A stretch of DNA of 51,169 nucleotides from a virus (Duplodnaviria > Heunggongvirae > Uroviricota > Caudoviricetes). Shown here piece by piece: positions 9,217 to 18,458 of the stretch. The notes below the pieces were generated by a model. That model was not told the DNA's origin. It made no database searches and worked only from the letters and a program-made list of their open reading frames with translations. Location: IMG/VR virus record IMGVR_UViG_2526164628_000012. The stretch is one strand, 5' to 3'. The position numbers were made by a program, and so were the translations under genes. Numbering within the stretch: the first letter of the stretch is position 1; each line of letters opens with the position of its first letter.

Positions 9217-9498
9217 ATGGAAGAATTAAGAATATTTCTCAATTCTCTTTCGTCAGATGAACAGCGTATGTTTGCATGCGAGTGTGGTACCAGCATCGGT
9301 TATCTAAGAAAGGCATTGAGTAAAGGTCAAGTGTTAGGGGCATCGTTATGTGTCCTTATTGAGCGAGCCAGTAATGGTGAAGTTACACGTCAGCAACTAA
9401 GGCCTTTTGATTGGATGAATATTTGGCCCGAGCTGGAAGATACCAAAACGTTAACACAACCACTTTCTAGGAGCTTGATTCATGAAAATCAAGCATGA
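9217..9498 (+). CDS. Cro/DicC/YdaS-like HTH regulator, 93 aa
   Basis: Divergent from repressor; motif pattern resembles DicC/YdaS family. Confidence 0.6.
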   Translation: MEELRIFLNSLSSDEQRMFACECGTSIGYLRKALSKGQVLGASLCVLIERASNGEVTRQQLRPFDWMNIWPELEDTKTLTQPLSRSLIHENQA

Positions 9499-9907
9499 AC
9501 ACATCCGCATGGCGATGAATGTCTGGGCGCATCCGGACGGCGAAAAAGTGCCGGCTGCGAAAATTACCAAAGCGTATTTCGAGCTGGGAATGACGTTCCC
9601 GGAACTGTATGACGACAGCCATCCGGAAGCCCTGGCCCGTAATACCCAGAAAATTTTCCGTTGGCTGGATAAAGACACCCCTGATGCTGTTGAAAAAATG
9701 CAGGCTCTGTTACCGGCGATCGAAAAGGCGATGCCGCCTTTGCTGGTGGCCCGTATGCGTAGCCACAGTTCTGAATATTACCGTGATATCGTCGAACGGA
9801 GGGATCGGCTGGTGAAGGATGTCGATGATTTTGTTGCGTCAGCGGTTGTTTTGTATGACCAGATGAATCGCGGCGGCCCGGCAGGGAATGCTGTGGTGAT
9901 GCACTAA
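9482..9907 (+). CDS. YdaT-like protein (CII-analogue position), 141 aa
   Basis: N-terminus MKIKHEHI and C-terminal VVMH resemble recalled Rac YdaT; follows the cro-like gene as in Rac. Confidence 0.55.
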   Translation: MKIKHEHIRMAMNVWAHPDGEKVPAAKITKAYFELGMTFPELYDDSHPEALARNTQKIFRWLDKDTPDAVEKMQALLPAIEKAMPPLLVARMRSHSSEYYRDIVERRDRLVKDVDDFVASAVVLYDQMNRGGPAGNAVVMH

Positions 9908-9914
9908 AAGCACG

Positions 9915-10892
9915 GTGTTCGGGGGTTTTATGAGCAGCAAGCTTCATGGTCTTGTCTGGGAAGGGTGCGCCTTCACCGGCATGATCTTATCCAGGGTGGC
10001 GGTTATGGCCCGTCTTGCAGACTACAGCAATGACGAGGGCGTGTCATGGCCTGCCATTGAAACTATCCGGCGTCAGATCGGTGCAAGAAGTGAATCCACA
10101 GTGAAATCGGCTATTGCAGAACTGGCGAAAGAGGGCTGGCTGACGAAGGAAGAGCGTAAGGTCGGTGGGCGTAATGTAAGCAATATCTATCGGCTTAATG
10201 TGGAAAAACTCGAAGCAGCTGCGGCGGCGGCGCGTGAGTCATATAAACCGAAAAGAAAAATTAGCCCGGCAAAAAATGACCCGTTAACAGTTGACCCGTC
10301 AAATATTGACCCCTCAACGGTTGACCCGTCAAATTTTGATGGATCAACTGTTGATAAAAAACTGCCGATTAGGGGGCCGATGATTGACCCCGATCCGTCA
10401 GTATTAAAACCTGATCCGTCAGATAAAAGATCTTCTTGTCCGGACGCTTCGCAACCGGACCCGCAGACGGCTGAACAGGATTTTTTAACCCGACACCCTG
10501 ACGCGGTTGTGTTCAGTGCGAAAAAACGCCAGTGGGGAAGTCAGGAAGATTTGGTGTGCGCACAGTGGATCTGGGGACGAATCGTGAGTCTTTACGAGCA
10601 GGCGGCCAGCTATGATGGCGAGATCACTAGACCGAAAGAACCCAACTGGACAGCATGGGCCAATGACGTTCGCACAATGCGGATGCTGGATGGCAGAACT
10701 CACAGACAAATTTGTGAAATGTTTGGGCGTCTCCAGCGGGATTCGTTCTGGGTAAAAAACATCATGAGTCCGGCAAAACTCCGGGAAAAATGGGATGAAC
10801 TGGTTATCCGCCTGGGGCGTTCGCCTGCGCAGCGTTGCGTGAATCACATTTCTGAACCGGACACTGAAATTCCGCCGGGCTTCAGGGGGTAA
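9915..10892 (+). CDS. Replication initiator (O-like) with embedded origin iterons
   Basis: Winged-helix-like N-terminus; internal 15-bp iterons encode VDPSN peptide repeats; probable true start ATG 9930. Confidence 0.6.
   Translation: MFGGFMSSKLHGLVWEGCAFTGMILSRVAVMARLADYSNDEGVSWPAIETIRRQIGARSESTVKSAIAELAKEGWLTKEERKVGGRNVSNIYRLNVEKLEAAAAAARESYKPKRKISPAKNDPLTVDPSNIDPSTVDPSNFDGSTVDKKLPIRGPMIDPDPSVLKPDPSDKRSSCPDASQPDPQTAEQDFLTRHPDAVVFSAKKRQWGSQEDLVCAQWIWGRIVSLYEQAASYDGEITRPKEPNWTAWANDVRTMRMLDGRTHRQICEMFGRLQRDSFWVKNIMSPAKLREKWDELVIRLGRSPAQRCVNHISEPDTEIPPGFRG
10277..10425 (+). repeat. Origin-like iterons: TGACCCNTNAAC repeated at 15-bp spacing plus additional GATCCGTCAG repeats
   Basis: Direct repeats at 10277, 10292, 10307, 10322 (and degenerate 10337), further repeats 10383-10421, inside the initiator gene as in lambda O/ori. 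Confidence 0.5.
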
Positions 10893-10932
10893 GTGTTAAT
10901 TTCTGGTCATGAGGTAATTTTCAGGAGGGCTT

Positions 10933-11355
10933 GTGGCAAAAGTTTTTACACAAGAAGAGCGGGAAAAAATTAAAGGGCAGGTTGTTGAACTCGTACGCCA
11001 GAGTGGGCGCGAGACGTTACGACAACTGGAAACTAAAACTGGGGCAACAAGATATCTGATGAGCGTTCTGGCCAGAGAGCTGGTTGCCAGTGGCGATGTA
11101 TACAACTCTGGTTACGGGTTATTCCCGTCTGAACAGGCGCGTAAGGACTGGCAAAATGCCCGTAAAAAGCTCTCAAGGGCAAAGCTGAAGAAACCATCTG
11201 CGGTTGATCCGGACCTTATCTGGTCATTACCTGACGGAGAAATACGTCGCTACGACAGGCGCCTAAACATAATCTGTCGCGAGTGCCGGAAGAGTGAAGC
11301 TATGCAGCGTGTACTGGCGTTTTATCAGGGGAATTTTGAGGAGGTGGTGCGGTGA
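10933..11355 (+). CDS. Hypothetical phage protein, 140 aa
   Basis: ORF following replication initiator; no Walker motifs seen. Confidence 0.45.
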   Translation: MAKVFTQEEREKIKGQVVELVRQSGRETLRQLETKTGATRYLMSVLARELVASGDVYNSGYGLFPSEQARKDWQNARKKLSRAKLKKPSAVDPDLIWSLPDGEIRRYDRRLNIICRECRKSEAMQRVLAFYQGNFEEVVR

Positions 11356-11606
11356 GTGAATCAAAATGCCAGGTTAATGGCAACAAGATAGAACCATGTG
11401 CAGCACTGGCAAAGTCCCTTGAGCGTGATGCTGAATACACGATGCGAAAAGGTCTGCTGATATACAAAATCTGGAATGAGAGTTTAACTCGCGGTCCTGA
11501 TTTTGTGATGTTGCGTTCCGGTGAATTTTCTAAATTACCAGTTCGGGTTTCATTTTGTCCGTTCTGTGGTGAAAGTCTGAAAACGTGGGAGAACAGAAAT
11601 GAATGA
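11352..11606 (+). CDS. Hypothetical protein, 84 aa, CxxC-containing
   Basis: Overlapping start/stop with neighbours; C-terminal CPFCGE motif. Confidence 0.45.
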   Translation: MSESKCQVNGNKIEPCAALAKSLERDAEYTMRKGLLIYKIWNESLTRGPDFVMLRSGEFSKLPVRVSFCPFCGESLKTWENRNE

Positions 11607-11910
11607 AATTAAAGAAATACCAGTAGTACGTGATGAATATGGCTACTGGACGCATCCTGAATATGAAAAATTCTGTGACGGTCGGGAATATATTTCAACG
11701 GAAGAGTTTAACGCCTGGATGGAGGAAAATAATCTTCAATACGTCCTCTGCTTCAGAGATGAAGGATGTGCTGACCTTGATGCGTGTGATGCTGATATTT
11801 CTGCATGGGAACCGGAACGACCAGAGGGCAATGGATGGTTTATTGGTTCAATACATGACACCGAAGATGGCCCGGTTTGTGTATGGCTGAGAAATAAGGC
11901 CGAAGCATAA
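11599..11910 (+). CDS. Hypothetical protein, 103 aa, Cys-rich
   Basis: ORF in nin-like small-gene array. Confidence 0.45.
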   Translation: MNEIKEIPVVRDEYGYWTHPEYEKFCDGREYISTEEFNAWMEENNLQYVLCFRDEGCADLDACDADISAWEPERPEGNGWFIGSIHDTEDGPVCVWLRNKAEA

Positions 11911-12038
11911 AGGCTATAAACCGACTAACAACTAAATACTGAAGATTTAAATCAGAAACGATTTTTATTAAATCCTTAACCGGAGGGATTCCTGCACCCT
12001 CAGAACATCAGGAGGCCGTCCGAAAGGGCGGTAGTGAA

Positions 12039-12221
12039 ATGCGAAAATTCAAAATAATTATTGAAACGGGAATAGCCGGTGGAGATTTCGAGGATGAATT
12101 CGAAGTGGATGATGATGCAACACCAGATGAAATACAGGATGAAGCTAAAGATATTTTCTTTAACTACTGCAATTACTCATACCACGAAATAAAAGACGAA
12201 GAGGAAGAACAAAATGGCTGA
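12039..12221 (+). CDS. Very acidic small protein, 60 aa (candidate DNA mimic)
   Basis: About one third Asp/Glu (DFEDEFEVDDDATPDEIQDEAKD...EEEEQ); RBS GGAGG upstream. Confidence 0.4.
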   Translation: MRKFKIIIETGIAGGDFEDEFEVDDDATPDEIQDEAKDIFFNYCNYSYHEIKDEEEEQNG

Positions 12222-12390
12222 TTTTGGTTCAACTAAATATAACGCCAGTTTTGAAGAATGGCATGAACTGTTAATGGATTATGCAGAGTTACGCGGTGGA
12301 AGTGCCGCTGATGCTGAAGCATGGCGTGATGATTATGAAGCAGGGAAAACACCGGTCGAAGCATATTGTGATGAGTGGGGCGATGAATGA
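12214..12390 (+). CDS. Acidic small protein, 58 aa
   Basis: Hand-found ORF MADFGSTKYNASFEEWHELLMDYAELRGGSAADAEAWRDDYEAGKTPVEAYCDEWGDE; overlaps neighbours at both ends; below track threshold. Confidence 0.3.
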   Translation: MADFGSTKYNASFEEWHELLMDYAELRGGSAADAEAWRDDYEAGKTPVEAYCDEWGDE

Positions 12391-12746
12391 GCGAGATTAA
12401 TTATCAGGAAGGGCATGAAAAGGCAGGGCAGGCAAAACCAGTGGCATGGCGATATCGCTACGTGAAAAAAGGCGTTACAGACTTTCAGGGGAAGCAGTGG
12501 GTTGGTGACTGGAAATATGTCCCGACAAAAGAGGATTGTAACGACAGACCAAACTATGAAATTCAGGCGTTATTCACGGCCCCGCCAGCTTCGGTGACAT
12601 CAGAAGGACTGGTTAAAGCTGTGCGCTTTTATGAACAGGTACGGCGTGAGGATCCGCCAGTTGAAACCGGAGCATGGAAAGACGCTATTGACTGGGTACT
12701 CAAGGAGGCCTGCCTGGTTGTAAACACGGGCATCAAAGGAGGCTGA
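12387..12746 (+). CDS. Hypothetical protein, 119 aa
   Basis: ORF in nin-like array, start overlaps previous stop. Confidence 0.45.
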   Translation: MSEINYQEGHEKAGQAKPVAWRYRYVKKGVTDFQGKQWVGDWKYVPTKEDCNDRPNYEIQALFTAPPASVTSEGLVKAVRFYEQVRREDPPVETGAWKDAIDWVLKEACLVVNTGIKGG

Positions 12747-12962
12747 ATGGGTATTGCCGCAAGTTATACCATGCATCTCTATTGTGATTGCCGCCAGTGT
12801 ACGGATGGCAAATATCAGTCGCCAGATTTTGGTGAGTATATCGGTACGTCATGGGCTGGCTGTGCAAAAGAGGCACGTAAAGATGGGTGGCGAATAAGTG
12901 CCGACAAAACGCGTGCTTTTGCGCCAGGGCATAAAATTTTGAGGAGCAACAAAGGAGAGTGA
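12747..12962 (+). CDS. Hypothetical Cys-rich protein, 71 aa
   Basis: ORF in array. Confidence 0.4.
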   Translation: MGIAASYTMHLYCDCRQCTDGKYQSPDFGEYIGTSWAGCAKEARKDGWRISADKTRAFAPGHKILRSNKGE

Positions 12963-12963
12963 T

Positions 12964-13182
12964 GTGCCTACATTATTCAGAAAAGAATATCCGCGAAAAA
13001 GTAGAGCGACAGAATTTTTGTTTCTCATTCTGTTTATCGTGTTGATGATACCGATATCCCCGTTAATTCTGGTATGGGGAATCGGAAAAATAATTGAGCC
13101 AGTTATTGAATTGTATAACGACGTGGTATGGGCTCCGTTCAACACACTGCACAATAAAATTAATCCGTATAAGGAAAACTGA
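12964..13182 (+). CDS. Small membrane protein, 72 aa
   Basis: Long hydrophobic segment FLFLILFIVLMIPISPLILVWGIG; AT-rich. Confidence 0.4.
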   Translation: MPTLFRKEYPRKSRATEFLFLILFIVLMIPISPLILVWGIGKIIEPVIELYNDVVWAPFNTLHNKINPYKEN

Positions 13183-13183
13183 T

Positions 13184-13447
13184 ATGGCAACTTTGACAAA
13201 AAAAGAACAGGCATGGTTGAACGAATTACAGGACGTTCTTGATCGCTGTCCATCACCGAAAAAAATTGGTTTTTACACCATTGGCGATAAAAGCATTTAC
13301 CTGTATGACCTGCGCCGCATGGATGAAATCATGGAGGCTCTTGATAATCGTTCGTCAATGGATTGGTGTGTTGCTGTCCATGATATGAATGCAGGGTTTG
13401 ATGAAAAGATTTTGTTCCCCTCATCAGTTGAAAGCACTGCGGGTTAA
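13184..13447 (+). CDS. Hypothetical protein, 87 aa
   Basis: ATG 13184 directly after previous stop; track ORF 13094-13447 trimmed to this start. Confidence 0.4.
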   Translation: MATLTKKEQAWLNELQDVLDRCPSPKKIGFYTIGDKSIYLYDLRRMDEIMEALDNRSSMDWCVAVHDMNAGFDEKILFPSSVESTAG

Positions 13448-13457
13448 GGAGTAACAC

Positions 13458-13625
13458 ATGACCACTATTACCAAAGAACGTATTGAATTGTTCATTAAAA
13501 ACCCGCTTGAAAACGGGCTTACCCGTGGTGAACAAATGGAACTGGCACGGATTGCGCTGGCATCGCTGGAAGCAGAGCCGGTTGTGTTCTGGTTTGAAAA
13601 ATATCAAGAAGGTGCTACGGCATGA
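13458..13625 (+). CDS. Hypothetical protein, 55 aa
   Basis: Hand-found [58 protein letters not shown]; N-terminus similar to next gene. Confidence 0.3.
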   Translation: MTTITKERIELFIKNPLENGLTRGEQMELARIALASLEAEPVVFWFEKYQEGATA

Positions 13626-13966
13626 CGACTTTTACCAGAGAGCAGTTAATAGCTCACGCAGAGGAGACTATTGAAGCACAGAGACTGTGCATACCGGGCA
13701 CAATCGACCATGACATCATCCGCACATATAAGATGGATATTGCTGTTCTGGAAATCGCACTGGTATCGCTGGCAGCAGAGCCAGCCGGTAAATTGCATGA
13801 ATACAAACCAGTGGGATATCAGCGTCTGGTCGATGAGTTAACCATGCTGGTAAAGCAGTTAACCTGGCAACTGAGGAAAGCGAAGCCAGACTGCAAATTA
13901 CCGGATAAGGCGATGAGTTATCTGGAGCGGAACGGACTGATAAGCGTGGAGGATATTTTACGATGA
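13622..13966 (+). CDS. Hypothetical protein, 114 aa
   Basis: ORF, ATGA overlap with previous. Confidence 0.45.
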   Translation: MTTFTREQLIAHAEETIEAQRLCIPGTIDHDIIRTYKMDIAVLEIALVSLAAEPAGKLHEYKPVGYQRLVDELTMLVKQLTWQLRKAKPDCKLPDKAMSYLERNGLISVEDILR

Positions 13967-14046
13967 CCTGGCCTGAAGCATTAACAACGGTAGGAATTGC
14001 GATGGCGGTGGCGCTGGTGGTGTATTCGATTTGCCGCTGGGGATAA
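13963..14046 (+). CDS. Putative 27-aa membrane peptide
   Basis: Hand-found [34 protein letters not shown]-coupled to upstream gene. Confidence 0.2.
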   Translation: MTWPEALTTVGIAMAVALVVYSICRWG

Positions 14047-14257
14047 AAACGGTTTGCGGGAAAAGGAGAGTTAAGTAGAATTGCAGCGGGTGCTTGAGGC
14101 TATCTGTCTCAGGCATGAACACCAAAAGGCAGATAGAGAAAAGCCCCAGTTAACATTACGCGTCCGGCAAGACGCTTAACATTAATCTGAGGCCATATCT
14201 ATGCTCTACACACGTAGGTTAGCCTCTTACGTGCCGAAAGGCAAGGAGAAGCAGGCT

Positions 14258-14413
14258 ATGAAGCAGCAAAAGGCGATGCTAATCGCCCTGATCGTCATCT
14301 GTTTAACCGTCATTGTGACGGCACTGGTAACGAGGAAAGACCTCTGCGAGGTACGAATCCGAACCGGCCAGACGGAGGTCGCTGTCTTCACAGCTTACGA
14401 ACCTGAGGAGTAA
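14258..14413 (+). CDS. hok: Hok/Gef-family type I toxin, 51 aa
   Basis: MKQQKAMLIALIVICLTVIVTALVTRKDLCEVRIRTGQTEVAVFTAYEPEE matches the Hok family (HokD/RelF-like); terminator follows. Confidence 0.8.
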   Translation: MKQQKAMLIALIVICLTVIVTALVTRKDLCEVRIRTGQTEVAVFTAYEPEE

Positions 14414-14483
14414 GAGACCTGGCGGGGGAGAAATCCCTCGCCACCTCTGATGTGTCAGGCATCCTCAACGCACCCGCACTTAA

Positions 14484-14508
14484 CCCGCTTCGGCGGGTTT
14501 TGTTTTTT
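14484..14508 (+). terminator. Rho-independent terminator after hok
   Basis: CCCGCTTCGGCGGG hairpin followed by TTTTGTTTTTT. Confidence 0.6.
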
Positions 14509-14580
14509 CCTGGCATTCTGGTTTACAATTCGCACGTCAGCCTGAACACCTGACACCTGCTGCGCCAGCAGAGAAAACAG

Positions 14581-14853
14581 ATGGCGCACAAAACCAAATT
14601 TCACAATTCTGATACCGACCTTGCCATCCGGCATGAGCGGCGTTCACACGCATTTAAAACCGACTGGTACCAACACCCACCATGTACTGAAGAACAGGCC
14701 GAATGGCTGATTCATAACTACCGCAGACGTGGATATGAGTTTAGGAAAGCCCTCACCCTCGATTATCGTCACTGGATAATCTACGTCAGACTCCCTTATT
14801 CCGAACGCCCACCGCGTCCGTCCCGCACATTCCAGCAACGGATCTGGAGGTAA
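14581..14853 (+). CDS. Hypothetical protein, 90 aa
   Basis: ORF upstream of DUF968 gene. Confidence 0.4.
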   Translation: MAHKTKFHNSDTDLAIRHERRSHAFKTDWYQHPPCTEEQAEWLIHNYRRRGYEFRKALTLDYRHWIIYVRLPYSERPPRPSRTFQQRIWR

Positions 14854-14854
14854 C

Positions 14855-15913
14855 GTGCGGGTATTACTTCGATCTGTTCCGGTACCGGAACTTGGGCTGG
14901 TGGTCCTTAAGCCTGGTCGTGAATCCATGCAGGTATTCCGCAGCGGTCGTGTACTGGTGGAGCCGGAACCGAAAAGCATGCGCGGTCTGCCGTCCGGAGT
15001 CGTTCCTGCCGTTCGCCAGCCATTGGCGGAGGATAAATCACTACTGCCATTTTTCAGCGATGAGCGGGTGATTCGTGCTGCTGGCGGTGCTGGTGCGCTG
15101 TCTGACTGGCTGTTACGCCACGTTAAATCCTGCCAGTGGCCTCATGGTGACTATCATCACAGTGAAATCGTCATACATCGTTACGGTACCGGCGCGATGG
15201 TGTTGTGCTGGCACTGCGACAACCAGCTGCGTGACCAGACCTCCGAATCACTCGGGCAACTTGCTCATCAAAACCTGTCAGCATGGATGATTGACGTCAT
15301 ACGCCATGCAGTGAATGGCACGCAGGAGCGGGAATTATCGCTGGCTGAATTGTGCTGCTGGGCTTCTGTAAATGATGTAGTGGATGCCATGACCGAAAAT
15401 ATGGCGCGTCGAATCCTGAAGCTTCCGGGTGAAAAAATCCGCTCAGTATACCGCGAGAGCGACATCGTACCGGGAGAGCAGACCGCCATCAGCATACTGA
15501 AGCAGCGCACAAAAAATATTGCGCCGTTGCCTCACGCCCACCAGCAACAGAATCCACCACAGGAAAAGACGGTGGTCAGCATTGCCGTTGATCCGGAGTC
15601 ACCGGCTCAGTATCTCCAGCGCCAGAAACCACAACGGGAAGAGATGCCTGTATACACGCGCTGGGTAAAAACGCAGAAATGCATGACGTGTGGCAATCAG
15701 GCAGATGATCCGCATCACATCATTGGTCATGGACTGGGAGGGATGGGAACAAAGGCTGATGATTTGTTTGTTATTCCGCTGTGCCGTAAATGCCATAGCG
15801 AACTACACGCCGGGGTAAAAGATTTTGAAGAAAAACACGGCAGCCAGCTGTTGTTGCTGATTCGTTTTTTAATGCACGCGAGAAATTCGGGTGTCCTGAA
15901 GTGGAAAGCATGA
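14855..15913 (+). CDS. DUF968 (YdfU-like) protein with C-terminal HNH-like zinc-finger motif, 352 aa
   Basis: C-terminal CMTCGN...HHIIGHG...CRKCHSELH pattern; position next to rusA as in Qin. Confidence 0.55.
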   Translation: MRVLLRSVPVPELGLVVLKPGRESMQVFRSGRVLVEPEPKSMRGLPSGVVPAVRQPLAEDKSLLPFFSDERVIRAAGGAGALSDWLLRHVKSCQWPHGDYHHSEIVIHRYGTGAMVLCWHCDNQLRDQTSESLGQLAHQNLSAWMIDVIRHAVNGTQERELSLAELCCWASVNDVVDAMTENMARRILKLPGEKIRSVYRESDIVPGEQTAISILKQRTKNIAPLPHAHQQQNPPQEKTVVSIAVDPESPAQYLQRQKPQREEMPVYTRWVKTQKCMTCGNQADDPHHIIGHGLGGMGTKADDLFVIPLCRKCHSELHAGVKDFEEKHGSQLLLLIRFLMHARNSGVLKWKA

Positions 15914-16279
15914 ATGACTGAACGCATAGAATTTGTTTTGCCTTACCCGCCAACGGTGAACACTTACTGGCGACGTCGTGGCAGCACATATTTTGTATCA
16001 AAAGCCGGTGAGCGTTATCGCCGTGATGTGGCGCTTATTGTTCGCCAGCAGCGGCTGAAATTAAACCTGTCCGGAAGGCTGGCGATAAAGATTATTGCAG
16101 AGCCACCGGATAAACGTCGTCGTGACCTGGACAATATCCTGAAAGCACCACTGGATGCGCTGACGCATGCCGGACTTCTCATAGACGACGAGCAGTTTGA
16201 TGAAATTAATATTGTGCGCGGTCAGCTCGTTCCTGGGGGGCGGCTGGGCGTGAAGATTTACAAAATTGAGAGTGAGTGA
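15914..16279 (+). CDS. rusA: Holliday-junction resolvase RusA, 121 aa
   Basis: Size and motifs (PPTVNTYWRRRG, RRRDLDN) match RusA; ATGA overlap with upstream gene. Confidence 0.8.
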   Translation: MTERIEFVLPYPPTVNTYWRRRGSTYFVSKAGERYRRDVALIVRQQRLKLNLSGRLAIKIIAEPPDKRRRDLDNILKAPLDALTHAGLLIDDEQFDEINIVRGQLVPGGRLGVKIYKIESE

Positions 16280-16287
16280 TCGTAAAT

Positions 16288-16830
16288 ATGATATATCCGG
16301 AAATTACAGGCAAAAGCGGCGAGCATTTACGTCTAAAAACGCTGGAAGCCGTCTGGATCCAGGGGAAATTACGGATGTGGGGGCGTTGGTCGTATATAGG
16401 TGGTGGCAAACCAGGAAATATGTTCAATCAGTTGCTGGCATCCAAAAAACTGACAAAAACCGCGGTCAATGAAGCCCTGCGTAGAATCAGGGAGTCAGGG
16501 ATTGATAAACCAGAGCTGGAAGCATTCTTGCGAGAGATGATCGCTGGCAGACAGAAGAGCTGGTTGTCTCACTGTACTGATGCAGAGGCGTTACGCATTG
16601 ATGGGGTGATAAGTAAAGCGCTTGCACGTTATCCTGGATTGATTGATATCCTGCGGCAAAGGTACGAAGGGCGGGGGATGAGTAAACGCAAAATGGCTGA
16701 ATTGTTGAATGAGGTTCACCCTGAGTGGTGCTATGCAACATGCCGCAATCGTATAGATATGTGGCTGAGAATAGCTGAGTTTATTCTGTATCCACTGATG
16801 CGAGATGCATTTTCTTTTACTGACGCTTAG
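16288..16830 (+). CDS. Putative late-gene antiterminator (Q-like), about 180 aa
   Basis: Position after rusA and before a strong terminator, tRNAs and lysis genes; MWGRWS motif resembles phage 21/933W-type Q; track start GTG 16276 possible. Confidence 0.45.
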   Translation: MIYPEITGKSGEHLRLKTLEAVWIQGKLRMWGRWSYIGGGKPGNMFNQLLASKKLTKTAVNEALRRIRESGIDKPELEAFLREMIAGRQKSWLSHCTDAEALRIDGVISKALARYPGLIDILRQRYEGRGMSKRKMAELLNEVHPEWCYATCRNRIDMWLRIAEFILYPLMRDAFSFTDA

Positions 16831-16995
16831 AATCTGGAGGGCGTTTGTTGTTGCACGAAGAGGATTTTTGGCTGGTAGTAAGGTTTGTGCAGTTTTAGAA
16901 AAAAAGCTTGTATTTTTAGCCATAAACTGTTTCAATCCAGCTACGCTTCGCAAAGCTGTACCGCGAGGCGAATAGCAGACATGGACACCTGAAAG

Positions 16996-17019
16996 AACCC
17001 GCTTTATGCGGGTTTTTTT
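16996..17019 (+). terminator. Rho-independent terminator (candidate Q-modified tR-prime)
   Basis: AACCCGC TTTAT GCGGGTT hairpin followed by T7. Confidence 0.6.
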
Positions 17020-17142
17020 ATGCCTGAAAAACGGCACAGAACATTAAACGCGCTGGTAGTTGTGAATACTGGTCTTTCAGCTTGCTGGCTTTTTCGACAA
17101 GAGGTATTGGTATGTCACGTTAACCAGAAAAGGGAAAAAGGC

Positions 17143-17340
17143 ATGCTAAAACAGCAGGATATGACCGAAACCGCCAGAGTGGTGTTTAATGAATTAAGCG
17201 TCACCGAACCGGCGACCGTCGGGGAAATTGCGCAGAATACTTACCTTTCACGCGAACGCTGCCAGTTAATACTGACTCAGCTTGTTATGGCGGGTCTGGC
17301 AGATTATCAGTTCGGTTGTTACAGACGCCTTCCGCAGTGA
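17143..17340 (+). CDS. Hypothetical small winged-helix-like protein, 65 aa
   Basis: Internal Met of track ORF 17020-17340 after the terminator. Confidence 0.35.
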   Translation: MLKQQDMTETARVVFNELSVTEPATVGEIAQNTYLSRERCQLILTQLVMAGLADYQFGCYRRLPQ

Positions 17341-18131
17341 AGGCTTTTTAATTTGTGGTAATGGGCGGCTGGTGGGTGTTAGCGGCACCTGCCAGCCATC
17401 TGCTCATGCGTTGGGGTCACAAGCAAACCTCAGGCCCATCTGCTTTGCGCAAAAGCGGTATGAGCCTATCAGAGAAGTGCTTATTGATCTATGATTAATA
17501 CTGTAAAAATATCCAGTTGTGAGTTAATCAACGCTGATTGCCTGGAGTTTATCCAGACCTTACCGGAAAACTCTGTCGATCTGATAGTCACAGACCCGCC
17601 ATACTTTAAAGTGAAGCCCGAGGGCTGGGATAACCAGTGGGAGGGCGACGATGATTACCTGAAATGGCTGGACCAGTGTCTGGCGCAGTTCTGGCGGGTA
17701 CTGAAGCCTGCCGGAAGTCTTTACCTGTTCTGTGGTCATCGCCTGGCATCTGACACCGAAATCATGATGCGTGAGCGCTTTAATGTGCTGAACCACATTA
17801 TCTGGGCGAAGCCGTCCGGACGCTGGAACGGGTGCAATAAGGAAAGTCTGCGGGCGTATTTTCCGGCAACAGAGCGCATTCTGTTTGCAGAACATTATCA
17901 GGGACCGTATCGCCCGAAAGATGATGGCTATGTGGAGCAGGGGCGCGAGCTAAAACAGCACGTCATGGCCCCGCTGATTTCTTACTTTCGTGATGCGCGT
18001 AAATCACTGGGAATAACGTCAAAACAGATAGCGGAAGCCACCGGAAAGAAAAACATGGCTTCGCACTGGTTTGGTGCTGAACCGCCCCGGGAATCCTGGA
18101 GACTAAACTCCCTGAGAAAGAGGTAAACAGG

Positions 18132-18458
18132 ATGACTAAAAATACTCGTTTTTCCCCCGAAGTCCGTCAGAGGGCGATTCGTATGGTTCTGGAAAGTCAG
18201 GGCGAATATGACTCACAGTGGGCGGCAATTTGTTCCATTGCCCCAAAGATTGACTGTACACCGGAGACTCTGCGTGTCTGGGTACGCCAGCATGAGCGGG
18301 ATACCGGAGGCGGTGATGGCGGGCTCACCACCGCTGAACGTCAGCGTCTGAAAGAGCTGGAACGTGAAAATCGTGAACTGCGCCGCAGTAACGATATCCT
18401 TCGCCAGGCTTCCGCTTATTTTGCGAAGGCGGAGTTCGACCGCCTCTGGAAAAAGTGA
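18132..18458 (+). CDS. IS3-family transposase OrfA, 108 aa
   Basis: HTH/leucine-zipper OrfA typical of IS3 family; recalled as IS629 OrfA. Confidence 0.8.
   Translation: MTKNTRFSPEVRQRAIRMVLESQGEYDSQWAAICSIAPKIDCTPETLRVWVRQHERDTGGGDGGLTTAERQRLKELERENRELRRSNDILRQASAYFAKAEFDRLWKK

Noticed and set aside
10260-10430. Possible CRISPR-like array suggested by regular 15-bp repeats
   Set aside because: Repeats are 15-bp iterons without spacers, in frame inside a replication initiator gene; no CRISPR elsewhere in the window.
14201-14257. 19-codon in-frame N-terminal extension of hok
   Set aside because: Hok-family toxins are about 50 aa; the conserved sequence begins at MKQQKAM (14258).
17020-17142. 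N-terminal extension of the 106-aa track ORF
   Set aside because: Starts inside the terminator hairpin/T-run; internal Met at 17143 is the more plausible start.
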